In this document: positions 25,901-35,229 of the stretch, piece by piece
Numbering within the stretch: the stretch's first letter is position 1
Layout of the letters: each line of letters opens with the position of its first letter
NCBI RefSeq assembly: GCF_001194135.2
Contig: NC_068981.1
Span: forward strand, 198,625,354 to 198,674,124
Source of the DNA: Octopus bimaculoides
Taxonomy: Eukaryota
Reading direction: 5' to 3'
DNA: 48,771 nt
The notes under the pieces: model-generated
Told to the model about the DNA's origin: nothing
The model's database searches: none
Seen by the model: only the letters and a program-made list of their open reading frames with translations
Position numbers and translations under genes: made by a program

Positions 25901-26434
25901 CTTGCTCCGGCTTGTCTCTGGATAATGCCAATAGAGTGAACAGGGTCTGTGAGGTGTTGTGCAAGCCTTATTGGACCTAAAACTCTGCACAGGCATTGCT
26001 GATCTCTGCTCAATATGTACTGATTTTTCCCCCCATATCTTAGAGTGCACAATGTTCCTGAAGGTCAGCAATGGTCTTCTGCAGCCATCATCATGTAAAT
26101 ATATGTATGAAAGAAGAGTGTTGCAGTTCACTTGAAGCATTGTAGTACAGAAGCAGAATAATGGATGAAAAGGGAAATGAAGAGCGTTTCTAACAAAGGA
26201 GAGATGAAAGTTGAGAAACCTTTAAATTTTGGACACGAAGGCCTATCTACAGGAAGATAAATCAACGAAATGTGTATCTCCATAAATCCTGCCATTTTGC
26301 ATAGCTGGATGGGCACACATTACTTCATATCCATCTGAAGATGGCCCTTTGTGCTTGAAATATACAGAGGTTTTCCAACATGTATCTCTGCATTGCTTAG
26401 AAGCATTCCACATCTCCCTTATCACCTTTAGTTT

Positions 26435-26524
<90 letters not shown>

Positions 26525-26826
26525 CTTGTAAATTCTTCTTGCTTCTTTCTTGCCAGGTTACTTCCTGTATTCCGAGGCTTCATTAAATGCTGGGTCTGTT
26601 GCGAAAATCAGGACACCAACTCTGAAGGCAGGCGTTCACTGTTTGTCATTCTGGTTCCACATGTATGGCCATAATATGGGCTCACTTTCTGTCAATAAAA
26701 TAGTGAAGGGCAAAACATCGACAAAACTGTTTACAAGATCTGGGAACCAAGGAAACAAGTGGATCAACGGGAAAATATATTTTACTGCTACTGAAGACAC
26801 AAAAGTAAGTTACTATTCCTGAAGTT

Positions 26827-26861
<35 letters not shown>

Positions 26862-29082
26862 CATATAGGCGCAGGAGTGGCTGTGTGGTAATTAGCTTGC
26901 TTCCCAACCACATGGTTCCGGGTTCAGTCCTACTGCATGGCACCTAGGGCAAGTATCTTCTACTATAGCCTCGGGTTGACCAAAGCCTTATGAGTGGAGA
27001 TGGAAACTGAAAGAAGCCCATCATATATGTGTGTGTGTGTGTATGTGTGTGTTTGTTCCTCCACCATCGCTTGACAACCGATGTTGGTGTGTTTACGTCC
27101 CCGTAACTTTGCAGTTTGGCAAAATAAACCGATAGAATAAGTACTAGGTTTACAAAGAATAAGTCCTGTGGTCGATATATATATATCATCATCATCATCA
27201 TCATCATCATCATTGTTTAACGTCCATCACCCATGCTAGCATGGGTGATATATATATCATTCAACTACTAACGTAGTTGAATAATATTCTTAAGGCCATA
27301 ATTTACTCACAAGCATCATCTTCAGAAATTTGTCGTTAATTCAGTTCTTAAGCAAATTGAAAACTGCCAACATTTTTGCAGAGGACTGGTCCCTAGCTAC
27401 ATTTTGGCATAAAAATATCGAGATTTGGTCCAGTAGAAAAAAAGGTTTACATCAAAATTTGTAGCAATGTTACAGGAGAGTAAGCAACGCCACCAATCAA
27501 ATTTAGATCTGAATAACTTTTTTTTTATTTTAAAATCAAAATATATTTATCTAAGCTTCAATAATAGAAGAAAGCAGGACACATTTCATAGAAGAAAGCA
27601 GGACACATTTCATAGAAGAAAGCAGGACACATTTCATAGTTTTGCTCCCCTGCAACAGAAATTTATATAAAAAAAGTATTGACATAAAATTTCATGAAAA
27701 AATATTGGGTTAAGTATCATTATCTTCTTTATTTTAAAAACAAACTATTTTTCTAATAAACTTAAGTAACAGAGCTCACTTCGGGGAATTTCATGCTATC
27801 AATCTCATGCAATGAAGTTTTTAAAGAAAAAAGTGGTTTGTTTCTCAAATTTCAGGGGGATAATATAGTTCTATGTTTTTTTTATGAATATAGTTCTACA
27901 AGNNNNNNNNNNNNNNNNNNNNNNNNNNNNNNNNNNNNNNNNNNNNNNNNNNNNNNNNNNNNNNNNNNNNNNNNNNNNNNNNNNNNNNNNNNNNNNNNNN
28001 NNNNNNNNNNNNNNNNNNNNNNNNNNNNNNNNNNNNNNNNNNNNNNNNNNNNNNNNNNNNNNNNNNNNNNNNNNNNNNNNNNNNNNNNNNNNNNNNNNNN
28101 NNNNNNNNNNNNNNNNNNNNNNNNNNNNNNNNNNNNNNNNNNNNNNNNNNNNNNNNNNNNNNNNNNNNNNNNNNNNNNNNNNNNNNNNNNNNNNNNNNNN
28201 NNNNNNNNNNNNNNNNNNNNNNNNNNNNNNNNNNNNNNNNNNNNNNNNNNNNNNNNNNNNNNNNNNNNNNNNNNNNNNNNNNNNNNNNNNNNNNNNNNNN
28301 NNNNNNNNNNNNNNNNNNNNNNNNNNNNNNNNNNNNNNNNNNNNNNNNNNNNNNNNNNNNNNNNNNNNNNNNNNNNNNNNNNNNNNNNNNNNNNNNNNNN
28401 NNNNNNNNNNNNNNNNNNNNNNNNNNNNNNNNNNNNNNNNNNNNNNNNNNNNNNNNNNNNNNNNNNNNNNNNNNNNNNNNNNNNNNNNNNNNNNNNNNNN
28501 NNNNNNNNNNNNNNNNNNNNNNNNNNNNNNNNNNNNNNNNNNNNNNNNNNNNNNNNNNNNNNNNNNNNNNNNNNNNNNNNNNNNNNNNNNNNNNNNNNNN
28601 NNNNNNNNNNNNNNNNTATTTATGTGGAGAATGGAGCAACAAATACAAGAAGAAGCAATTCTGTTGGGCTAGTTAACCGTTGTTTTATTGTGTGGAGGTT
28701 ATGTAATGAGTCATTGTGGAGGTTGAGGTTATGTAGTGAGTCATTGTGAATGTTATGTAATAGTCATTTACGAACGTTTCAATCTAGCCAATGGTTTGGC
28801 AGATCTCATCAGAATGTTGAGGAGTATGCTAAGAGTTTGTGGTGCGAGAGATGTAGGAGAAGTGATTGGTGGGTATATTAATGTATATGGTGGTGTAATA
28901 ATAGCGATAGGTAAAGAAAGCCTTACGTTTTAGTTGAAGTTGTGTTGGTCTTCCTGTAAGGGGATGTAGGATGGGTGCTATTTAAGCTCATTATTCCGGT
29001 TTTAATCAAATGCATATCCACGTGATTTTATGATTGAGGGATCCGTCGTATATTTATAGCACCGGCAAGCCTATCATTTACC

Positions 29083-29115
<33 letters not shown>

Positions 29116-29721
29116 ATGTATATATATGTATANNNNNNNNNNAATGTCACATATTAAATGAAGCGCTTTTCACCTAGTCGTGTAGGTTTTTACAAATTGT
29201 TTTTATAGCAATTTCTTTGATATTTCTGATTTCTGTAGGCTGGTATTTGAACAGCTGAGAATGTCTGACTTACAGACTGGCACAAAAGAGTGTTTTTACT
29301 TGTGATTTTGAAGGTGGTATATTTGGAAGCTGGATGGAAATGTATGATTGTAGATGCCATGACCAATAAAATTGAAAGAAAGAGAAATGTAAAACTCAAC
29401 ATGGAAAGAAAAGCTTTAATAAATAGGGTATCGTATTAGCTGAACACTCTAAAGGGAAGAGACAGAGTCTTAATGTTTTGGACTTTAGTCCTTCATCAGA
29501 GGAAAGGTGGGAATGTGGCTATGGTGGTGGTGGGAGTGGTGGAGCGTGACTGGGCTAAAATGTCTCGTTCACCCAACATCCTCGCCTGAAACTCAAAATG
29601 TTTGGTTGCTTATTAAATTCTTTAATTTATTTCTCCACAGATTGAATTTGAAAGCACCATTGGTTCAGTGCAGAGTGACATTGCTATCGATGATGTGATG
29701 GTGCTTGATACGAAATGCTGA
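10419..29721 (+). CDS. Secreted astacin-family (M12A) metalloprotease with C-terminal MAM domain (meprin-like / astacin-like squid metalloprotease-like), 11 coding exons, 431 aa
   Basis: join(10419-10490,11382-11400,14270-14302,15166-15209,15569-15644,16654-16789,19357-19532,20846-21091,23208-23372,26557-26804,29641-29721) = 1296 nt. All introns are GT..AG with matching phases (0,1,1,0,1,2,1,1,1,0) and no internal stop. The product has a signal peptide, FQGDI pro-motif, RW-PNG-VVPF, HExxHxxGxxH zinc motif, SIMHY Met-turn and MAM motifs ([31 protein letters not shown]). Confidence 0.93.
11382..11400 (+). CDS. Exon 2: 19-nt micro-exon (FEYLPE+G)
   Basis: Acceptor tctttttctttgcag, donor GAAG|GTAAGA. 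It supplies the phase 0 to phase 1 switch needed to join exon 1 to the propeptide exons. Confidence 0.75.
11495..12880 (-). mobile_element. RTE/BovB-like LINE fragment in intron 2 of the protease gene
   Basis: KQGCVL..TLFGIF...[23 protein letters not shown]...[24 protein letters not shown] plus C-terminal [13 protein letters not shown]; frameshifted. Confidence 0.88.
13740..14050. repeat. Compound (GA)n/(GATA)n/(GACA)n microsatellite; representative of dozens of (TA)n, (CA)n, (TACA)n, (AAT)n and (GAT)n tracts
   Basis: Direct reading. Other large tracts: 1507-1620, 1986-2230, 18913-19165, 22190-22267, 26436-26523, 30231-30320, 48280-48355. Confidence 0.97.
14270..14302 (+). CDS. Exon 3: 33-nt symmetric micro-exon ([11 protein letters not shown])
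   Basis: Acceptor tcttctttttcctttccag, donor CCAG|GTATGG, phase 1-1. It gives [13 protein letters not shown], resembling the astacin pro-region PE...G.FEGDI pattern. Confidence 0.7.
14668..14810. repeat. Degenerate ~23-bp minisatellite
   Basis: Repeated AGTGTATCCTTCCTAAGTGATCT-like units. Confidence 0.75.
15166..15209 (+). CDS. Exon 4: propeptide with FQGD aspartate-switch motif ([15 protein letters not shown])
   Basis: Long T-tract acceptor ending in accag; donor TGG|GTAAAT. FxGD is the astacin latency motif. Confidence 0.9.
15569..15644 (+). CDS. Exon 5: activation site and start of catalytic domain ([25 protein letters not shown])
   Basis: Acceptor ttttttctgcag, donor TTTG|GTAAGT. R-NA mature N-terminus and WPNGVVPF motif. 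Confidence 0.93.
16654..16789 (+). CDS. Exon 6: astacin domain ([11 protein letters not shown]...DCIKF...YVYIGTGF)
   Basis: Acceptor aattacag, donor TGG|GTAAGG. The CIKF segment matches the astacin CI.F motif. Confidence 0.9.
19357..19532 (+). CDS. Exon 7: zinc-binding exon (GCHSNIG...GC...[23 protein letters not shown])
   Basis: Acceptor tttcttctgcag, donor GAAA|GTAAGA. Astacin signature HExxHxxGxxHExxRxDR. Confidence 0.97.
20846..21091 (+). CDS. Exon 8: Met-turn exon (YDYNSIMHY...[21 protein letters not shown])
   Basis: Acceptor ttttgtttgtttcag, donor CCAG|GTAAAA. Lies within track ORF 20809..21165. Confidence 0.97.
21651..22046 (-). mobile_element. tRNA-derived SINE family D
   Basis: The reverse complement starts GTGAGGACACATGGTGTAGTGGTTAG (A box) ... 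GGTTTCAATCC (B box). It shares a 3' block with family C and ends in an A-rich tail. Confidence 0.7.
23208..23372 (+). CDS. Exon 9: MAM domain N-terminal part ([11 protein letters not shown]...[11 protein letters not shown])
   Basis: Acceptor ...acgacag, donor GAAG|GTGAGG. Lies within track ORF 23198..23410. Confidence 0.93.
23851..24062 (-). mobile_element. tRNA-derived SINE family C
   Basis: Near-complete copy containing GAGTTCAAATTCC (B box) and GACTTTxCCTTTCATCCTTTC.GGGT.GATAAATTAAGTACCA. Other copies: 21495-21625(-), 22274-22470(-), 30590-30768(+), degenerate 11010-11080 and 11205-11300(+). Confidence 0.85.
24087..24341 (+). mobile_element. Internally deleted mariner element (MITE-like) with ~95-bp TIRs
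   Basis: TIRs TTGAGTTGGTGCATAATTATTGCAGC... / ...GCTGCAAAAATTATGCACCAACCCAA, flanked by TA (24085-86) and CA. The interior encodes [20 protein letters not shown], a mariner transposase C-terminus. Confidence 0.88.
24873..24976. repeat. 23-bp minisatellite x~4.5
   Basis: Unit CCAAGCCTGCCAATCCCCCACCT with few substitutions. Confidence 0.9.
26557..26804 (+). CDS. Exon 10: MAM domain core (GYFLYSEAS...[14 protein letters not shown]...GNQGNKW)
   Basis: Acceptor cttctttcttgccag, donor AAA|GTAAGT. Lies within track ORF 26550..26822. Confidence 0.96.
26868..27175 (+). mobile_element. tRNA-derived SINE family A with internal (TA/TG)n
   Basis: GGCGCAGGAGTGGCTGTGTGGTAA (A box) and GGTTCAGTCC (B box) head. 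Other copies or halves: 7953-8140(-), 17758-17850(+), 18598-18800(-), 35970-36170(+), 39856-40019(+), 41235-41370(+), 42015-42190(-). Confidence 0.85.
27564..27639. repeat. 24-bp tandem repeat x3
   Basis: ATAGAAGAAAGCAGGACACATTTC x3, perfect, no spacers. Confidence 0.95.
29641..29721 (+). CDS. Exon 11: MAM C-terminus and stop ([26 protein letters not shown])
   Basis: Acceptor tttatttctccacag. [10 protein letters not shown] motif, terminal Cys, TGA at 29719-29721. Confidence 0.95.
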   Translation: MEFESTIGSVQSDIAIDDVMVLDTKC

Positions 29722-29970
29722 CAAACTGTCTTTGTACAAATTCTTCAAAATCACCAGAACACACTTTCACCTCAAAAACTGAAAAGCCTTTAACATTTGT
29801 TTCTGTTTGTTGCACGTGTTTAGGTCTCTCAGCATTTATACATGCATACATCTATCTACATCTGCACACACAAACACGCATGCATACACACACACACACA
29901 CTCACACACACACATACACACATGCATGCATGCACACGCACACACACACATCCATTCTTATTTTTGTTGT

Positions 29971-30178
29971 AATAAACCTAAATACCATTCCATGTTTGTT
30001 GTTTTATTTCCATATTTTGTCTATTAAAGATAGTTTTAGCAATGAATGTTTTATGTAAAGTCCTCCATAAAACAGAGTTTTCTTTAATCGTAAAGTTGAA
30101 ATGAAACTTTTTAGAAAATTACTTAAATATTAAAATTCGTGTTTCCATTACTTCTGTAAAATTACTCCTTTTAATAAA
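29971..30178 (+). promoter_or_regulatory. Candidate polyadenylation signals of the protease gene
   Basis: AATAAA at 29971-29976 and 30173-30178 downstream of the stop. The background is AT-rich, so this is weak evidence. Confidence 0.35.
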
Positions 30179-30227
30179 CTTCCTTTGTAGCATTATCAGT
30201 AATACAATATGATAATCGATTTTTCTC

Positions 30228-30321
<94 letters not shown>

Positions 30322-30799
30322 CTCGATCTGTCTGTCTGCTGTATCTGTATATATAAAGTGAAGATAACACTGACAATCTTCTCAGACCACAACATGGTAG
30401 AACTGATGATGTATGGCCCAAGACCAATTAATGATGTAATCCACACAGATGGCACCTAAACTCTGTCTAGTCTGAACGCCTACAAGTCTGACTGGAAGCC
30501 AACTGAAAAACCGATTATCCAACGAAATTGGCCTCAAAGTCCCTCTATGCAAGATATTGATATGAAACTTAAAGAATCCATGTCAATAATGCTTAGCGAC
30601 GTTTCAACTGTTGTTATGTTTGAGTTCAAATTCCGCCAAGGTTGACTTTGCTTTCATCCTTTCAGGATTGATAAATTAAGTACCAGTTATGCACTGGGGT
30701 CGATGTAATTGTCTGGTCCCCTCCCAGCAAAATTTCTGGCCTTGTGCTTATAGTAGAAAGGATTATTTCTCCTTAGTCATATTAGCCGGGCACAGTGTC

Positions 30800-33130
30800 T
30801 GAGTGAGCTAACCATGGAATGTTCATTGTTTCATTTGAATTGGGGTTCATACAAACTGTCTCTGTTTCTCTTTCCAATCTTCTTGACAGAATGTCATTCC
30901 TTTGTTTCTCTTTCATACATTTTATTTTGGAGAGTGTAGCACCATTGTTTTTCAGAACTTTGGGTCATCTCTTGAACATTTGTAAAAGGAAAAGATTTTG
31001 AATTTTCCTTCACCACACATTTCTAGATTCTTGCTCAGTGGAATTGCACAATTCTTCTTGTCAGATCTGTTGTCTATGGATTTTTGCACGTTGGTAGCAG
31101 GAATCGTTTGTTTCACTCTTGAATTTTATGTGGGAACCATTTTCTAAATATTTGAAGTTGTTGTCATCGTTGCATGTCCCACTACTGCTATCTTCACATT
31201 CTTTTATGGAAAATTCTGATTCATTCTCTGATGTGAATTTTGCTCTTGTGTGGTGTTTTTTGAGATTTTTTGGTTGGCATCTACTGTTTCATAAGGGGTT
31301 TTTATTAATCAGATTTTTCATTTTGGGGCTTTTTAGAATATAGGTGGGTTTGATTTTATGGTGTGAAAGATTTTAGCCCCTCGGGATTATGCGTATTGAT
31401 AAATGGAATCGTGTGTTCATTAATGTTTTTCCTTTGGTGTCCTTTGTTGTGTGATGTTCAGTTTCATGGCCTTTTTAATTCCATCATTTATTAATTCTTT
31501 GGGGTATTTCTGTTTTGTTAGGAAACCCTTGAGCTTGTTGAGTCAGATTTGGTGTATTTTGGGGTCAATCAGTGCAGATACATCTTGCCATGGGATATTC
31601 CTTTTGATGTGTGAGGAATGGCAAGAGTAGAAATTCAAATATTGGTGTGTGTCGGTTTTTTGTAAAATATGTCTGTTGTGACTGTGGAGTTGTGTATTTT
31701 TACGTGGATATTCATTGCAACTGGATTCTGTCATGAATTTGATGGATGGATGAATTGTGTTGAGTATATTATTAAATGTTTGTAGGTCCTCATCTGATTT
31801 TCTCCAAAAGATGAAGCAGTCATCCAGGAAGCATTTCTTGCAATCATAAGTAAAAGCTCTCTCCCAAGTATCCCATGACTAGGTTAGCATACGATGGTGC
31901 AAACCACATCCCCATAGCCATGTCCTTTTTTCTGTCAATATGTTTTATTATCAAATCTAAAGGTGTTTTCTTGTAGTACTAGGTGTGTGGCCTTAGTAAT
32001 GAAGTCAGTTTTGAAGCATTCATTTATCTGTCCTCTATGTTTCTCTGCCCAGTGTTTGACTGCTTCCAGGTTCAAAGTGTGAGGTATATTGGTATAAAGA
32101 TTGGTGACATCAAAACTTGTATGGTACCTTCTGGGACAGGAGGTGGAATGTGCTGGAGGAAATCTATACCATCCCATACAGAGCTGAGTTTTAATGGGCA
32201 TAAAGTTTTTAGGAGTATATCCAAAAGATGACTCAGTTTGAGGTCAGTAGGTCTTAGTATTTTTATGTATTGGTTCCTTTGTTCATTTATAGCTCTCTGT
32301 ATTTCAGAGCTTTTGTGGATTTTGGGCAATCCCTAAAAATTGCCCTCTTTGATTACAGAGTTGCTTATATAATCTTTCTCCTTGTCTGTGAAGGAATCTT
32401 GGAATCCATTGATTAGTCTTCTGATTTTATTCATTATCGTTTTTTCTGGATGTCTTGGTTCTTCCTTGTAGTTGGTTTGGTTTATTAACATTTCCAATAT
32501 TTTGTCTTTATAATAATCCTTGTCCATGATTACTATCACCCTTCCCATATCAGCTTCTTTTAGGATGATTGAATTGTCATTCTTCAGTGTTAGTAAGTTT
32601 TCCTTTCCTTCTTCATGGAGGTTTTTTCTTGCATTTATGGGTACTAAGGGGAAATTTAAAAACTGTGTCTGTATATGCATCTAAATGCTTGTCATTCCCC
32701 TTGTAGCGGGTGAAGTGGGATTTATTTCTGATAACTGATTCACTGTTTACATCCTTATTGCTGAAGAATTCTATAAGTCAGAGGTAGCGGTTAAAATGTT
32801 CATAATCAATGAGATTAAGGTCGGGGATCAGAGATTCATCTTTTTCTTGTTGAGGTTTCTTTTTGACAAATTCATGATCTTTGGGGCCTATATGTTCTAT
32901 GTGTGTCGGGTCTGGTGTGTGATTGTGGTATTTTCTCCCTAAAAAAGGAATTGTTTCACTGTTTTTCCATTTTCTATTTCCTGGATTCTTGTTCCCTCAA
33001 AGGTGAGTGGATGGTTTATGTTCTTTGTATGTCTACGTTCTGTTTTCTTCCCATCTTCTATGTTTATTGGGTCATTCAGGATGTTTGAGATTGTTGGCTG
33101 TAAATCATGGATGTCTTGAGTTTCCATGAC
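30800..33130 (-). mobile_element. Penelope-like retroelement remnant (RT plus GIY-YIG region), frameshifted
   Basis: IILKEAD.G..IVIMDK, MPKIHK, SFDVTNLYTNIPH, AMG..FAPSYANLVMGY, FLDDCFIFW (31819-31830 = FLDD), HQYLNFYSCH..HIKRNIP. Confidence 0.88.
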
Positions 33131-33289
33131 GATTATTCATATTATGGTTTCTGTGTTGTCCGTATTTTATTTGTCTTTCTTTCTATGTATTCATCCATCT
33201 AGGTTATTTGGCATTATGGGTTGATGGTTGTCTTCTACACACACACACACACATACACACACAAGATTAAGCTATCAACAGTCATATTC

Positions 33290-33790
33290 CAGGGTGGTAA
33301 TTTATCTGTAATGTTTGTCAGCCCTGTTAACAAAATGCCAAGGCTGCATGCTGGGATATGCAGAAAAGAATAAAGTCAATGTTACCCACACGTTTTTTGT
33401 TGATCTAAATTTGTGTTCTGGTAATATGACCAACATCAAGGAACAGTTAGAATAAGTCACAACATTCTCAACAGATATAGGAATGGAGTTTGGGCAAGAT
33501 AAATGCTCAGACATGATAGTCAACCAAAGAATAATTGTCATCCAGGCAGAAAACATGTACATCAACGGCTTGTCTATTTCCTCTATCTCTAATGATGAAA
33601 GCTACAAGTCCCTCAGAGTCGATTGGGATGCTGTGGCTAAAGCCAAAATAACAAAAGACTACTTCTGTAGACTCCAGAAGATATGGAATTCAGAGCTGTC
33701 GGCATTTAATATCTCACTCTGCTTTTCCAATACCAGTGCCTAACATTTAGGATATTGGACAGGACACTCGATGAGATATGCAGCTAGGGC
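33290..33790 (+). mobile_element. R4/Dong-clade LINE RT fragment
   Basis: IFQG.NLS..., THTFFVD.L..., DIGMEFGQDKC, KDYFCRLQKIWNSELSAFN. Confidence 0.7.
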
Positions 33791-34480
33791 ACTTTCGAAA
33801 AATCCACCCCATGCTATAATGTTGCATTAGAAAGGTGAAACTTCAAGAATAGAATAAACTACATTGAACCAAATACAGATAGACCAAGAAGACACAGACA
33901 GAAGAAAATCTTATGGTTTAACCCACCTTATAGCATGAATGTAGCCACTACTATACCTAAAAAATTCTTAAAATTAATAGACAATCACTTCCTACATTAA
34001 CACAAATACCACAAGATCTTCAACAGCAACACTGTTAAAGTTAACTATAGTTGCCTCCCCAATAAAGGGTCAATAATACTCAACTACAACAAAAATAAAT
34101 ACACCAGAAATACCTCCAAAATCGATGTAACTGTAGATCTCCAAATTTCTGTTCTCTAAACAGCAACTGTTTGGAAAAAGAAATTATATACATGGCCAAA
34201 ATCATGGACCCCATTGGAGTAACAAAGATGTATATCAGAATGAGGGGCAACTCGTTCAATGAAAGGTACACACAACACCTGGCCTCATTCAGGGACAAAA
34301 ACAATAAAGACATGCAGCATCCCTATCAAATATGATATGGACATTGAAAGAAGGAGGAATAAGCAACCCCCAGATAAACTGGAACATCATTGCTAAAACC
34401 AGAAAATACAAAAGATGAGGAACCAAATGTGAACTCTGTATCACTGAAAAACTAACTATCATACCGTCAATAGATAGCAT
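33790..34480 (+). mobile_element. Penelope-like element C-terminal region (thumb plus GIY-YIG endonuclease)
   Basis: KILWFNPPYSMNVAT.I.KKFLKLIDNHF...HKIFNSNTVKVNYSCLPN; CNCRSPNFCSLNSNCLEKEIIYMAKI; KCELCITEKLTII. Confidence 0.88.
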
Positions 34481-35194
34481 TTCCATTTTTTAACCTTCTC
34501 AACTGTTTGCATTTCTTCTCTAATTTAATTTTTTAGTTCATTATGATATATGGTTTGTGCTTAATGAATATGTTTGACGCATTTCTCAACATATTTGAGG
34601 TATTTCTCAACTATTAGTTGCACATAAAATCATGCACTGTGTCTATTACTCTGAAAGTAGCCATAGATGTCTGCTAGTAACATGGAACATAGTACAACCT
34701 GTTACATGGTCAGGTTGTTGGCAACTAAACCAGCTCCCCTACCAGGCTATTCTGGTGAGGAGGGTTGCTAGAAACCCGGTAGGACTAAAAACAAGAGCTG
34801 CATTATGAGATCTAGTTGGATTTTCTCAGGCGATATGTAAACATTGTCTCCATAAGTTCAAATTCTTGGCTTCAAGAGTATCTTCACTGTCTGTCGTGGC
34901 CTGAAGTTAATAGTAGCCACAGAATTTATCAATTTTTTACTCCAATTTTTCCAATTATATATTCACACACAACAGAAGCCCAAATGTAAACCTGGAAGTA
35001 CGTATAATACTGAGGGTGACACGTAAAAGCACCCACTACACTCTCTGAGTGGTTGGTGTTAGGAAGGGCATCCAGCTGTAGAAACTCTGCCAAATTAGAT
35101 TGGAGCCTGGTGTAGCCATCCGGTTGCACCAGTCCTCAGTCAAATCGTCCAACCCATGCTAGCATGGAAAGCGGACGTTAAACGATGATGATGA

Positions 35195-35229
<35 letters not shown>

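Noticed and set aside
25760-26400. Non-repetitive-looking ORFs of 60-126 aa on the minus strand in intron 9
   Set aside because: No recognisable motif or splice structure; most likely a decayed retroelement.
26868-26945. tRNA gene-like A/B boxes (also at 3480-3520, 22000-22046, 23990-24062, 39856-39930)
   Set aside because: No full cloverleaf is evident, and each continues into SINE body sequence; these are SINE heads.
27564-27639. Possible CRISPR-like array (24-bp repeats)
   Set aside because: The units are contiguous with no spacers, in a eukaryotic intron; it is a plain minisatellite.
34745-34790. Hammerhead-like CTGGTGA...GAAACCCGGTA; also weak matches at 4895-4930(-) and 17515-17550(+)
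   Set aside because: Core mismatches and no convincing stem I or stem II pairing; cannot be separated from chance.
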